The notes below the pieces were generated by a model. That model searched no databases, had not been told where the DNA came from, and saw only the letters and a program-made list of their open reading frames with translations. From a virus, in the IMG/VR virus record IMGVR_UViG_3300035670_000069, positions 1 to 64,000 of that record: a DNA stretch of 64,000 nucleotides. One strand, 5' to 3'. Each line of letters starts with the position of its first letter. Within the stretch, counting starts at the first letter, position 1. This document shows, piece by piece, positions 1 through 9,162 of this stretch. Both the position numbers and the translations under genes were made by a program.

Positions 1-60
1 GTAAACTTAACCACAGCAGATAAATTTCATATGTGGTTTATGTATGAATGTGTTGATTAA
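1..60 (+). CDS. 3' end of an upstream gene (partial)
   Basis: Frame 1 is open from base 1 (VNLTTADKFHMWFMYECVD) to TAA at 58-60, just before the next promoter. Confidence 0.55.
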   Translation, partial: VNLTTADKFHMWFMYECVD

Positions 61-80
61 TAATCTGAGATAATACGTTC

Positions 81-800
81 ATGGCAGTTTCTAAATCTAT
101 GGACTTTCCTGGCAAAAAGAAAAACTATGCATCTCAGGTTGTACAATCACAACAAACAACAGTTGATCAATCTGCAACATACATACCAGTTCCAGGGCCA
201 CAAGGCCCACAGGGACCTCAAGGACCACAAGGGGTACCAGGACCAAGGGGAGATAAAGGAAAAGACGGGGAGAGAGGCCCAAAAGGCGAAAGAGGCACAC
301 CTGGTAAAGATGGTCTAAGTTCTTTATCATCTTCTGGACAACAGGCTGGCTGGGGAGCATACTATAACTCAAACAAAAAATCTATCAGACTTGGAATTGA
401 TAAAGGCGACGAGGGATGGGTAAATATTTGGGTAGATTCAAATCCTAAAAATGAAAAATTTTTGCCAAAAGAAGCAACCAGCCTTTGGAATGAAAACCAA
501 AGAATGCTTAATTTTCATGGTATTAACATAGGCTCTCAAATATTTGTTACATATAACTTTGAACTTACTACATATAATAATAATACAGAGGTTTGGATTA
601 GAACATTTTTTCCTAAATCTGCCATCGATATTTCTCAGCATGTAGGATCATTAAAATATCAATATACCTACAATATGAACGTTACTCAGCACTTCTTCAT
701 AGAAAATGAAGATATGTGGAAAAATGGTGCGGTACCTCAAATCAGAACAGACTATGATGCAGATGTAATAATCAATTCTATACACGTATCTGTGATATAA
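81..800 (+). CDS. Collagen-like (G-X-Y) virion fibre/minor structural protein
   Basis: 13 consecutive G-X-Y triplets (GPQGPQGPQGPQGVPGPRGDK...) at about 195-311, followed by a beta-rich C-terminal domain. Confidence 0.75.
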   Translation: MAVSKSMDFPGKKKNYASQVVQSQQTTVDQSATYIPVPGPQGPQGPQGPQGVPGPRGDKGKDGERGPKGERGTPGKDGLSSLSSSGQQAGWGAYYNSNKKSIRLGIDKGDEGWVNIWVDSNPKNEKFLPKEATSLWNENQRMLNFHGINIGSQIFVTYNFELTTYNNNTEVWIRTFFPKSAIDISQHVGSLKYQYTYNMNVTQHFFIENEDMWKNGAVPQIRTDYDADVIINSIHVSVI

Positions 801-816
801 TTTACACGGAGGAATT

Positions 817-1233
817 ATGGCATTTCCAGGAACATTAAATATTTCGTATTACAAGGGTGACACCTATGAATTTCGTATATACCCTAAAACAGCAGATGGA
901 GATGTTTTTGATTTAACTCCATATGTAGGCGGAGATTATGATGATGATAACGATCCAGGAACTCCAGTTGTAGATGCCGACGCTGTCGTGTTTTCTTTTT
1001 CAGAAACTAGAGGAGAGCCAGATCCTCATAAATGTTTTGCTGAAATTTCAGATGATAAGACATACATAACTTGTGTAATCAGACCAGAAGACTCTCAGTA
1101 TTTAGATGCTGGAACAACATATGTTTACGATGTTCAAATTTTTAAACCAGCAGGTGATGGAATAACATATCCAACAATACATACATTGCTTACTGGTAAT
1201 ATAACTGTTACTGGGCAGGTATCTCAGTGGTAG
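817..1233 (+). CDS. Putative structural protein, BppU-N-like adaptor; paralog of 8036..8449
   Basis: YKGDTYEFRIY...YVYDVQI...LLTGNITV pattern; GGAGG RBS; tail-fibre context. Confidence 0.5.
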   Translation: MAFPGTLNISYYKGDTYEFRIYPKTADGDVFDLTPYVGGDYDDDNDPGTPVVDADAVVFSFSETRGEPDPHKCFAEISDDKTYITCVIRPEDSQYLDAGTTYVYDVQIFKPAGDGITYPTIHTLLTGNITVTGQVSQW

Positions 1234-1799
1234 ATGTAATTTTATCTAGTGATGACTTAGTTGTTCTTGGTGGGCCAGAATCTGTTAATGTTGAAGTAGA
1301 TTTCGGACCACAAGGTGATCGTGGAAGTTTAATTTTTGTGGGTAATGGAAAGCCAGATCTAGTTGATATTGGACAAACTCCAAATGTATTTGATCTTTAT
1401 ATAAATTTGCTTACAACCGATGATGAATATTTAATGATGTATCAATATGTTGAGGTATTAGGAACATTACAATGGCAAACTCTAACTAAATTAATTCCCA
1501 ATACATATGTTACAAATCAGAATATTGATTTTGATACCGCCAACTATTGCCATATTCCTATTGCATCAATAGTAGATCCATCTTATGTAGGAAGCACTGA
1601 TGCTTCTAACTTTAGTGTTCAGGTAACTTTTGGAACATCTGCAGGGTATCCAATTGTAAGTTCAATTAAAACAGAAGTAGTTACTCTTAGCAGTATTGAA
1701 AATTTAAAAATAACATTCTATGCCAAGGAATTTGATGGTACTAACTGGATCGATATAAGCGGTTCTAGAACAGCCAACCTTCATATTTCGGTGGTATAA
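1227..1799 (+). CDS. Hypothetical virion structural protein
   Basis: 190-aa ORF overlapping the upstream stop; short GPQGDRG motif. Confidence 0.55.
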   Translation: MVDVILSSDDLVVLGGPESVNVEVDFGPQGDRGSLIFVGNGKPDLVDIGQTPNVFDLYINLLTTDDEYLMMYQYVEVLGTLQWQTLTKLIPNTYVTNQNIDFDTANYCHIPIASIVDPSYVGSTDASNFSVQVTFGTSAGYPIVSSIKTEVVTLSSIENLKITFYAKEFDGTNWIDISGSRTANLHISVV

Positions 1800-1816
1800 T
1801 CAAAGGGGTGATGTAA

Positions 1817-2458
1817 GTGGCAGTTGAAGACATTGGTAGTTTATGGAATACCAAGCAGCCAGGATATGAAGATGCTGCAGATATTCAGGCAGCCCTAAAA
1901 GCATTCCTTTACGGTAGTTACGATTATGACCAAACAAATACAGACCCAACACAACTTCCAAACCCATCTCTTGCAAAACACCTACAGGGTTTAGACGACA
2001 GGATTACAGATCAAGAAACATTAGGAATAGGATCTGACTATCTTACCCTTTCAGAAATTGCAGCAATAGTATCCCCAGAAGACGGATATATTGCTATGGC
2101 ATCTGACTCTAATGGCGGAGCAGTTGAATCTTTATATGCCTCCGCATTTTACACAAATGAAGCCCCAACAACAGACATTGTAGATGGAGTTCTTTGGGTA
2201 GATAAAGATTCTGAAGCATTAGATACATATGTTTATGATGCAACAGACGAAGAATGGGTAAGAATTAATGATCTTAAGAATGTCATTCAGGCAAAGGGTG
2301 ATATACTTATCGGCAGTTCTGCAAGCAATATAGACAATTTGGCGATTGGTTCAAATGGAACTGTATTGACAGCAGATGACACTCAGCCACTTGGAGTCAA
2401 ATGGCAACAAGTAGATACTGAGTCTATTATAATTTCATCCGTGATGGGTGCGTATTAG
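1817..2458 (+). CDS. Minor tail/fibre protein
   Basis: APT..DGVLWVD and AKGDILIG...LAIGSNGTVLTAD..QPLGVKW segments typical of phage fibres. Confidence 0.6.
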   Translation: MAVEDIGSLWNTKQPGYEDAADIQAALKAFLYGSYDYDQTNTDPTQLPNPSLAKHLQGLDDRITDQETLGIGSDYLTLSEIAAIVSPEDGYIAMASDSNGGAVESLYASAFYTNEAPTTDIVDGVLWVDKDSEALDTYVYDATDEEWVRINDLKNVIQAKGDILIGSSASNIDNLAIGSNGTVLTADDTQPLGVKWQQVDTESIIISSVMGAY

Positions 2459-2466
2459 GAGGAGAT

Positions 2467-2769
2467 ATGGCTACTACACCAAAATTAATGTATCGTGGAG
2501 CAGCAGCACTTACTGACACAACACTTTACACTGTGCCAGCAGATACAACTGCTATCGTAACAGATATTGTTGTGACAAACACTGACTCTACAGCAGCAAC
2601 ATTTACTATAAAGTTTGATACTGTAGAAGTTCTTTCTGGCGCTACCCTCGCTGCAAACAGTACTGCTACTTTTGAATTAAAGCAGGTACTAGAAGCAGCC
2701 GATGTAGTTTCTGGACTAGCATCTGCAACTACTGTTAAACTTCATATAAGCGGAGTTGAGATTGCATGA
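2467..2769 (+). CDS. Small beta-sandwich structural/fibre-associated protein
   Basis: TTLYTVPA.TTAIV..IVVTN...HISGVEI pattern; AGGAGG RBS. Confidence 0.55.
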   Translation: MATTPKLMYRGAAALTDTTLYTVPADTTAIVTDIVVTNTDSTAATFTIKFDTVEVLSGATLAANSTATFELKQVLEAADVVSGLASATTVKLHISGVEIA

Positions 2770-3284
2770 GTTATTCTGTATACCCTCCAGAAGAACAGGC
2801 ATCTGCAGTAACAGATAATTGGCAATTAATTGCTTCTAGTACACCAACTACTGGAACTACCGTTACATTTTCTGGAATAGCAACTGATTGGCGTAAACTT
2901 TGGATTTTGACACACGATCCAGTTTCTTTAAGTACTGGGGGAAATACATATATTCGTACAAACACTTTGAGCAATCCAACAGACTATGCATGGCTTGGTC
3001 CTAGTGGAACCAGTTCATTTAGATATAATGATGAAACTGGAATTTATAATTATACTGCAGCAACAGGCGCTAGTGCTATTTTTAATGTTTATATAACAAA
3101 CCCTTCTTCATCATTACCATTTGCAACTTTTGAAGGTGCGGGTTCTGCAGGTACTGGAGGAGATTCTTATCAACGAGGATGGATTAAAAATTTAACTTCA
3201 CCAGTTACACAAATTGATATTATAACAACAACTGGGTATAACGCAAGTAATACTGGTTCATTTAAGTTATATGGGAGCCTATAA
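2766..3284 (+). CDS. Putative tail-fibre tip/receptor-binding protein
   Basis: WQLIAS...VTFSGI...ITQIDI...GSFKLYG layout typical of fibre-tip domains; ATGA-coupled to the upstream gene. Confidence 0.5.
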   Translation: MSYSVYPPEEQASAVTDNWQLIASSTPTTGTTVTFSGIATDWRKLWILTHDPVSLSTGGNTYIRTNTLSNPTDYAWLGPSGTSSFRYNDETGIYNYTAATGASAIFNVYITNPSSSLPFATFEGAGSAGTGGDSYQRGWIKNLTSPVTQIDIITTTGYNASNTGSFKLYGSL

Positions 3285-3286
3285 AT

Positions 3287-3910
3287 ATGTCAACAGTTAG
3301 TTCAACCAGTAAAGTAGCATACATGTATGACCAAGCGTCAGATACTTGGTATGCTGTTGCTGGTACGGCTAACACAAATGTTGCATATACTTGGAATGCT
3401 GCTCACACTTTTGGATCTATCGTAACTGTTAATGATGTTATTAGAGCAAAAGGTGGAGTAAATAGATTTCAAAACCCTACCGCCAGAGATACAGTAATTC
3501 CTTCTCCAGTTAAGGGTACTGTATGTTTTGTTGAGCAAACAGACGGCGGTACTGATATAAACCAAGTTCAAATTTATAATGGTACATCATGGGTAGGAAT
3601 GTTAGATACAACTACTCTTAATAATCAGACATCTGACTATACCCTGGTTTTGGGGGATGCTGGAAAAACAATTACAGTTGATTCTACAATAGATAGAACA
3701 ATTACTATTCCAAGCAATGCTTCTGTACCCTTCGCAATTGGACAAAGACTTGATATTATTCGTATGAACACTGGCAACGTAACTATTGGCGGTACACCAA
3801 CTATTCTTAGTAAAAATTCTAACAAGAAAATTGCTGCGAGGTATTCTGGAGCAACTCTTATCAAAACTGATACAGATACCTGGGTACTTATTGGCGATTT
3901 GACGGCGTAG
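3287..3910 (+). CDS. Tail fibre/adaptor protein
   Basis: C-terminal ~100 aa (NNQTSDYTLVLGD...IPSNASVPFAIG...KTDTDTWVLIGDLTA) is homologous to the C-terminus of 11414..13015. Confidence 0.65.
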   Translation: MSTVSSTSKVAYMYDQASDTWYAVAGTANTNVAYTWNAAHTFGSIVTVNDVIRAKGGVNRFQNPTARDTVIPSPVKGTVCFVEQTDGGTDINQVQIYNGTSWVGMLDTTTLNNQTSDYTLVLGDAGKTITVDSTIDRTITIPSNASVPFAIGQRLDIIRMNTGNVTIGGTPTILSKNSNKKIAARYSGATLIKTDTDTWVLIGDLTA

Positions 3911-3918
3911 GTGATCCC

Positions 3919-5466
3919 ATGCTTGGATGGCTTGGAAAATGGGCGGGATCCAAAGGAATGGGAAAAATCCCAGACCTTGAAGGCTTATCTAGAGCAGATG
4001 CAAGAAACGCAATTATAAATGCTGGATTTAGTTTAGGTAATGAAACTGTAAGAGGAAATAGTCAGGGAGCAACATCTTCTAATAATGGTAAGGCTAAGGG
4101 AAGAGTTGATACAAACGAATTACTTGATTACGAATCTCAGATAGATTTTGAATACTACTCTTGGGTTGATGAACAAAATACTCAAAATACTCAAAATACT
4201 CAGAACACAGTAAACACTGTAAATACTGTTGATACCGTAAACACTGTAAATACTGTTAATACAGTAAACACCGTAAACACTGTTGACACAGTACCAACAT
4301 GTCAATATAGTTATGGAGAATGGACATCGTTAGGTACAAGAGTAGAACAGACTTGCAATGGATCCATGCTAACTGTTACAAGCGGTCAAGCAGAGGCAAG
4401 ATTTTTGGTTGATTCTGGAAATAATCTTGTTTTATTCCCACCAGAGGGATGCGGTCCTGCAGTTGAGACTAGATGGATAGGTACTCCAGAAACTACCACA
4501 ACGGAAGATTGTTATTACTGTACATGTGAGGTTGATACAGTTAATACAGTAAACACGGTTGATACCGTTGATACAGTAACCACTGTTAACACTGTTAACA
4601 CTGTTAACACTGTAGATTCTGGCCCTGGATATTGTAGATCAGAAGTTAAGCAGGATGGAATTGGTGCATGTAGTTCTGGACTTGCAACTTATACAGTTTG
4701 TTATTCTAATTCAGACTTTACTGGAAGTGTAACTTATTCAGAATGGACTGAATGCTATGAGTCAGGTGTAAATACACAAAATACAGTTAATACTGTTAAT
4801 ACAGTTAATACTGTTAATACAGTTGATACTGTTAATACAGTTGATACTGTTAATACAGTTGATACAGTAAATACTGTTGTTAATATTCAAGATACCGTTG
4901 ATACTGTTAATACGGTAAACACAGTTGACACAGTTAATACAGTAAATACTCCATGCGGACAAGAATGGTATAACTTTACTGGAAATCTTACAGAATGCTG
5001 TGGTTTGGGAGAAAGAGATCAATTAATAGATTGTAATGGAGTAGTTCTTGAAACTGTTATTAGTTGTATTGATACATGTCAAAATACACAAAATACTCAA
5101 AACACCCAAAACACTCAAAACACCCAAAATACAGTTGATACTCAAAACACCCAAAATACAGTTGATACTCAAAACACCCAAAATACAGTTGATACTCAAA
5201 ACACCCAAAACACCCAAAATACCCAAAATACAGTTGATACTCAAAACACCCAAAATACAGTTGATACTCAAAACACCCAAAACACCCAAAATACAGTTGA
5301 TACTTTTGTTAATATTCAGGATACAGTTGATACCCAAAACACACAAAATACAGTTGATACTGTAGATACTCAAAATACAGTTGATACTCAAAATACCCAA
5401 AATACTCCATGCGATTCTTGTTGTCAGATAGGCTGTGTCACCGTTGGATCGAATTGTGCCTGTTAG
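3919..5466 (+). CDS. PASTA-domain protein with [N/D]T[V/Q] tripeptide repeats and Cys-rich modules (putative adhesin)
   Basis: IPDLEGLSRADARNAIINAGFSLG matches the start of a PASTA domain; four repeat blocks alternate with modules of 6, 4, 6 and 6 Cys. Confidence 0.7.
   Translation: MLGWLGKWAGSKGMGKIPDLEGLSRADARNAIINAGFSLGNETVRGNSQGATSSNNGKAKGRVDTNELLDYESQIDFEYYSWVDEQNTQNTQNTQNTVNTVNTVDTVNTVNTVNTVNTVNTVDTVPTCQYSYGEWTSLGTRVEQTCNGSMLTVTSGQAEARFLVDSGNNLVLFPPEGCGPAVETRWIGTPETTTTEDCYYCTCEVDTVNTVNTVDTVDTVTTVNTVNTVNTVDSGPGYCRSEVKQDGIGACSSGLATYTVCYSNSDFTGSVTYSEWTECYESGVNTQNTVNTVNTVNTVNTVDTVNTVDTVNTVDTVNTVVNIQDTVDTVNTVNTVDTVNTVNTPCGQEWYNFTGNLTECCGLGERDQLIDCNGVVLETVISCIDTCQNTQNTQNTQNTQNTQNTVDTQNTQNTVDTQNTQNTVDTQNTQNTQNTQNTVDTQNTQNTVDTQNTQNTQNTVDTFVNIQDTVDTQNTQNTVDTVDTQNTVDTQNTQNTPCDSCCQIGCVTVGSNCAC
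4177..5406 (+). repeat. 9-bp-unit coding tandem repeats in four blocks (4177-4293, 4534-4614, 4771-4950, 5083-5406)
   Basis: aatacagtt/gatactcaa/aacacccaa units; the 27-mer aatacagttgatactcaaaacacccaa is repeated perfectly from 5128. Confidence 0.95.
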
Positions 5467-5493
5467 TATGATATACTTAAATAAGGAGAAAAA

Positions 5494-5691
5494 ATGATAA
5501 CTTTTGCAATTATTGTAGATAATGAGGTTGCTTCAACGCTTGTTATTACTGATGAAAATGAATCTTTGGACCAAACACAAAGACTTGCTGCTGCCCTTAG
5601 ATCAGACTTTACTATATTAGAAACAGAAAACCATAATGTTAAGCCTGGTTGGACCTGGGATGGAACTAATTTTGTAGAACCTTTGGAGTAG
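5494..5691 (+). CDS. Small fibre-associated protein
   Basis: FAIIVDNEV...PGWTWDGTNF motif common next to tail fibres; AAGGAG RBS. Confidence 0.6.
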   Translation: MITFAIIVDNEVASTLVITDENESLDQTQRLAAALRSDFTILETENHNVKPGWTWDGTNFVEPLE

Positions 5692-5694
5692 TTT

Positions 5695-6222
5695 GTGTCT
5701 GAAGAACTATCTGCTTGGCAAAAATATAAACTTCAACAAAAACAATCTATAAGTAAAAGCATTATAACTGGATATACAAAACTAGTTTATGGAACAAAAA
5801 TATTAATGGCTGATGGTACTTATAAAAAAGTTGAAGATATCTATATTGGAGATTCTATAAAAACTTTATCTATTAAAGATGCAGATTTTCCTTTTACTTT
5901 TCAACAATTAGGAGATTTTAATTTTTCTTCTTCAAAAGTTTATAATACAGTTCATAAAAAAGAAACCTTTACTCATAATATTTATAATCAATATTTTACA
6001 AGCACGTCTACCCTGCTGACTTTAAGGGATAGTCATCTAATTAAAGTTTTTGCATCTGATATTAAGTTACATGATAAAGTTTTAAACAATGAGGCAGATT
6101 TTGTTTCTATAGAAAAAATAGTTACAAATAATTTAAACATAGATTCAGTATCTTTAGATATTTATCCAGATAAAATATTTTTTACAGAACATCTTGCTAT
6201 TTTTTGTGAGGGTATAAAATGA
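5695..6222 (+). CDS. Stand-alone degenerate Hint (intein-like) domain protein
   Basis: LVYGTKILMADGTYKKVEDIYIGD (block A-like) and LDIYPDKIFFTE (block F/G-like); the catalytic C/S1, block-B His and terminal HN are missing. Confidence 0.65.
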   Translation: MSEELSAWQKYKLQQKQSISKSIITGYTKLVYGTKILMADGTYKKVEDIYIGDSIKTLSIKDADFPFTFQQLGDFNFSSSKVYNTVHKKETFTHNIYNQYFTSTSTLLTLRDSHLIKVFASDIKLHDKVLNNEADFVSIEKIVTNNLNIDSVSLDIYPDKIFFTEHLAIFCEGIK

Positions 6223-6821
6223 ATAAAAAAATACTAGACGACAGAATAGTAGAATATACAGGATTACTAAACAATCCAGATAAAATAATTAATGATATAT
6301 ATGATGTATGCAAAAAATATAGTTTAAAATTTGCAGAAAGTACAATTAATAATTATCAAATAGACAAAGACAAAGTGTCATCTACAGCCTTCTGGTTACA
6401 TGCTTCTCCAAAAGATATAGAAATTTCAACAACATTTCCAAATGAAAAATTTGAAATAAATTCTTATATAGATAAAGAAGTTTCTGAAGCAGTTTTTGAT
6501 TATATTGATAATTACGATGTTAAAATAAAGCAAAAAGAAAGATGGGGTATGGTTAGATATGAGAAAGATCAGTTTATTACTTGGCATCAAGATGGACCAG
6601 ATCCAAAAGATAACCCTAATGGAAGAAAACTTTCTTTTGTTTTATATTTAAATGATAATTATGAAAATGGTGGAATTCAGTTTAGAGATTATATTGGAGG
6701 AGAGGAATATAAACCAACTGCTGGGAGTTTATTAATATTCCCCTCCTACCCTCAATATTCACATAGAGTTATTCCTGTGAGTTCTGGAACAAAATATGTC
6801 AATATTTCTTTTGCTATTTAG
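6219..6821 (+). CDS. 2OG-Fe(II) oxygenase, prolyl-4-hydroxylase-like
   Basis: WHQD...RKLSFVLYLNDNYENGGIQF...GSLLIFPS..YSHRVIPVSSGTKY (HxD...H...K). Confidence 0.9.
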   Translation: MNKKILDDRIVEYTGLLNNPDKIINDIYDVCKKYSLKFAESTINNYQIDKDKVSSTAFWLHASPKDIEISTTFPNEKFEINSYIDKEVSEAVFDYIDNYDVKIKQKERWGMVRYEKDQFITWHQDGPDPKDNPNGRKLSFVLYLNDNYENGGIQFRDYIGGEEYKPTAGSLLIFPSYPQYSHRVIPVSSGTKYVNISFAI

Positions 6822-7396
6822 TTAGGAAATTTTTCTAACCACTCCCTAGTTCTAGGGGTAATTCCTTTCCAAGAACTCCAGTTTTCTCCTCCTTGAGACA
6901 TATGAAATGCAATTTCTGCATTAACAACTGGATTAAACAAGTCTGCATTGTGATCTAGGTCATATTTTTTACGACGATCAGGACCAAGCATTCCAATCAT
7001 ATTAATTTGAAAAATACCATACGAACTGTCTCCAGTTCTGGAATTTCCATTGAATGCAAATGGCCTACCATTACTTTCTTTTTTAGCAATAGCCCATGCC
7101 TCCTTGAGACTTTGTCCCTTAAAGCCCACTAACCTAAGTAATTCTTTAAGGTCCTTATCAGATAGAGATGTAGCGTTTTCATATTTTTCTAACTGATCTT
7201 CTTTAGCCTTAGAAACGACTTCGGCCACTTCCGTGGCCTTTAGTGATTCCTCAAGCAGGACAACAACCTGTTCAGGCTGTTTAGTGTCCTCTAATCGGTT
7301 TTCAGAAGCATTGGCAATATTTGAGTAAACCCCAAACATAGCCAATATGCTGAGTGTACCAATGATGTTCCTATTATTATTCATAAAGTTAATCAT
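6818..7396 (-). CDS. Secreted lytic transglycosylase/lysozyme-like (SLT fold) protein
   Basis: AIAKKESNG (catalytic Glu), SYGIFQIN, LFNPVVNA, NWSSW; hydrophobic N-terminus ending A-N-A. Start moved to 7396 on the basis of an AAGGAGGA RBS. Confidence 0.85.
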   Translation of the reverse strand: MINFMNNNRNIIGTLSILAMFGVYSNIANASENRLEDTKQPEQVVVLLEESLKATEVAEVVSKAKEDQLEKYENATSLSDKDLKELLRLVGFKGQSLKEAWAIAKKESNGRPFAFNGNSRTGDSSYGIFQINMIGMLGPDRRKKYDLDHNADLFNPVVNAEIAFHMSQGGENWSSWKGITPRTREWLEKFPN

Positions 7397-7450
7397 AGTT
7401 TCCTCCTTAGAAACGAAAAACACCTTGTTTAAGGGTGTTTAACATTTCTT

Positions 7451-7493
7451 AGTATAACACAATTTGGGAAGGATAGTCAAATAGTGATATAAT
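7451..7493. promoter_or_regulatory. Divergent sigma70-type promoters
   Basis: Minus strand: TTGACT (7475-80), 18 bp, then TGTTATACT. Plus strand: TGATATAAT (7485-93), 8 nt before ATG 7502. Confidence 0.7.
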
Positions 7494-7501
7494 TATTTTC
7501 T

Positions 7502-8017
7502 ATGGCTGAGATAACTAATAATTATGGTTTAACATATCCAGAATCAACAGATTCTGTTAATGTACATAATGATATTAAAAAATTAGCAGATGATGTTGAT
7601 GATGCTATTTCTTCTCTTGATGCCTCAAATGTGAGGGTAAAAGTAATTAATAATTCAGGATCAAGTATAGGTGCAGCAAAACCAGTATATGCTGTAGGAC
7701 ATACAAATAATAAAACACAAATAGAATTATTTACATCAGATTTATCAGATAATTATCCAATTCTTGGTTTGACAAAAACATCATTAGATGATGGAGATAG
7801 TGGAGAAGTTGTTGTTGCTGGCGTTTTAACAAATGTAAATACAAGTAGTTTTTCTGTAGGAGAATTATTATATGTGGATGCTTATGGTGCCCTTACAACT
7901 ACCGTCACAGGTGGCGCAATAGGAATTGTTGCAGTGGCAGACGCATCAACTGGAGTAATTGTTATTCAGGCAAAGGGTAACGGCACTTGGGGAGCACTCA
8001 AGGCTGGCCTTGCTTAA
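7502..8017 (+). CDS. Minor structural protein (fibre/capsid-cement-like)
   Basis: TNNYGLTYPE.TDSVNVH.DIKKLA N-terminal anchor; GEVVVAGVLTNVNTSSFSVGELLYV domain. Confidence 0.55.
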   Translation: MAEITNNYGLTYPESTDSVNVHNDIKKLADDVDDAISSLDASNVRVKVINNSGSSIGAAKPVYAVGHTNNKTQIELFTSDLSDNYPILGLTKTSLDDGDSGEVVVAGVLTNVNTSSFSVGELLYVDAYGALTTTVTGGAIGIVAVADASTGVIVIQAKGNGTWGALKAGLA

Positions 8018-8035
8018 TTATGGTATAATCACATT

Positions 8036-8449
8036 ATGGCAACAGCAAGAAATCTGTCTCAGGGAAAATATAATGTTGGAAATACTCCACCAGTAATTGT
8101 TTGGACTGTTGTTCGTGGAGACACAGCATCCTTTAGAGTATATGCAACAGATGATGCAAGAGAGCCATTAAACATTCCAGATTATACAATTACAATGGAA
8201 ATTAAAAGACCAAATGCAGAGGCTGATCTTGGACTAGGAACAGATGCTGCCACAATTATATTAACCTTAAACCCAGAACCAGATTCAGATGATGAGGCTG
8301 GAGAGTTTACTGTCTCATTAACAGCAGAACAATCTGCCCAACTTGAAACGGGAGATATTTTCGATATTGAACTTCGAAGCGCAGGAAACGCCCTTGTTTG
8401 GACGGTAGCGCAAGGAAGCATGAAAATAATTGAAGATATTACACTTTAA
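8036..8449 (+). CDS. Putative structural adaptor; paralog of 817..1233
   Basis: VVRGDTASFRVY...FDIEL...VWTVAQGSM pattern. Confidence 0.5.
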   Translation: MATARNLSQGKYNVGNTPPVIVWTVVRGDTASFRVYATDDAREPLNIPDYTITMEIKRPNAEADLGLGTDAATIILTLNPEPDSDDEAGEFTVSLTAEQSAQLETGDIFDIELRSAGNALVWTVAQGSMKIIEDITL

Positions 8450-8670
8450 TGGCAAGTGTAAAAATAGTAGAGAAAAAGAAAAAGAATCTTAAAGCAATTA
8501 ATGCAATCTCATATGCAATTATAAATGTTTCGCATAATACAAGGACGGTAAAGATAGAAGAAGTATTACCGTTTAGAGTTAAGTTTACAAATATAGGTAT
8601 ACCAAATCTAATTTCTTCTGCCCCTGGAATTGGCGTTGCAGTTATTGGATTTAATAACTATATCCTGTAA
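8449..8670 (+). CDS. Hypothetical protein
   Basis: TAATG-coupled; ends PGIGVAVIGFNNYIL. Confidence 0.55.
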   Translation: MASVKIVEKKKKNLKAINAISYAIINVSHNTRTVKIEEVLPFRVKFTNIGIPNLISSAPGIGVAVIGFNNYIL

Positions 8671-8701
8671 AAAAATATAAAAAAGGAGTTATAATAACGA
8701 C

Positions 8702-9148
8702 ATGGCCAAAATATCAATTGCTGCAGTAAAAAGCAAATTTCAGACGGGTGATCGTCCTTCTCAAGAAGACTATGAAGATTTAATTGATACCCTTGCAGGT
8801 GCGGGTAATGATCTAGGAACAACAGGTAATAACGAAAATACAATTTCAGGGATTGAAAATGTTACAGTAATTGATAACTTTGATGCAACTGAATGGCGTA
8901 TGGTTAAATATCTTGTTTCTATAGCAAAGACTACAAATGGCGATAATAAATTTTATGCAACAGAATTGACCATATTGGTGGACGGTTCAAATGTGAACGT
9001 TTCAGAATATGGCACAATAGACAACGATGGGAATATTGGCACCATTAGTGTCTCTAGGACAGGAGATACAGTTGCTTTAACTGTTACTCCAGATCCAGTA
9101 ATTAAGCCAGTCACAGTTCGTTATGCACGAATTGGACTTAAGGCATAA
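8702..9148 (+). CDS. Virion structural protein
   Basis: KSKFQTGDRPSQEDYEDLIDT N-terminus; the C-domain resembles the C-terminus of 9163..10866. Confidence 0.6.
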   Translation: MAKISIAAVKSKFQTGDRPSQEDYEDLIDTLAGAGNDLGTTGNNENTISGIENVTVIDNFDATEWRMVKYLVSIAKTTNGDNKFYATELTILVDGSNVNVSEYGTIDNDGNIGTISVSRTGDTVALTVTPDPVIKPVTVRYARIGLKA

Positions 9149-9162
9149 AAGGAGATAAATAA

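Noticed and set aside
4120-5400. Antisense and alternative-frame ORFs (INCILGVLS, LKTPKIQ repeats)
   Set aside because: Shadows of the 9-bp repeat; no independent start signals.
4177-5406. Tandem repeats as a CRISPR array or DGR template/variable repeats
   Set aside because: No unique spacers of constant length; the repeats are in-frame coding; no reverse transcriptase in the window.
7397-7450. Possible c-di-AMP (ydaO) riboswitch upstream of the muralytic gene
   Set aside because: The leader is only about 50 nt with one hairpin, too short for that aptamer.
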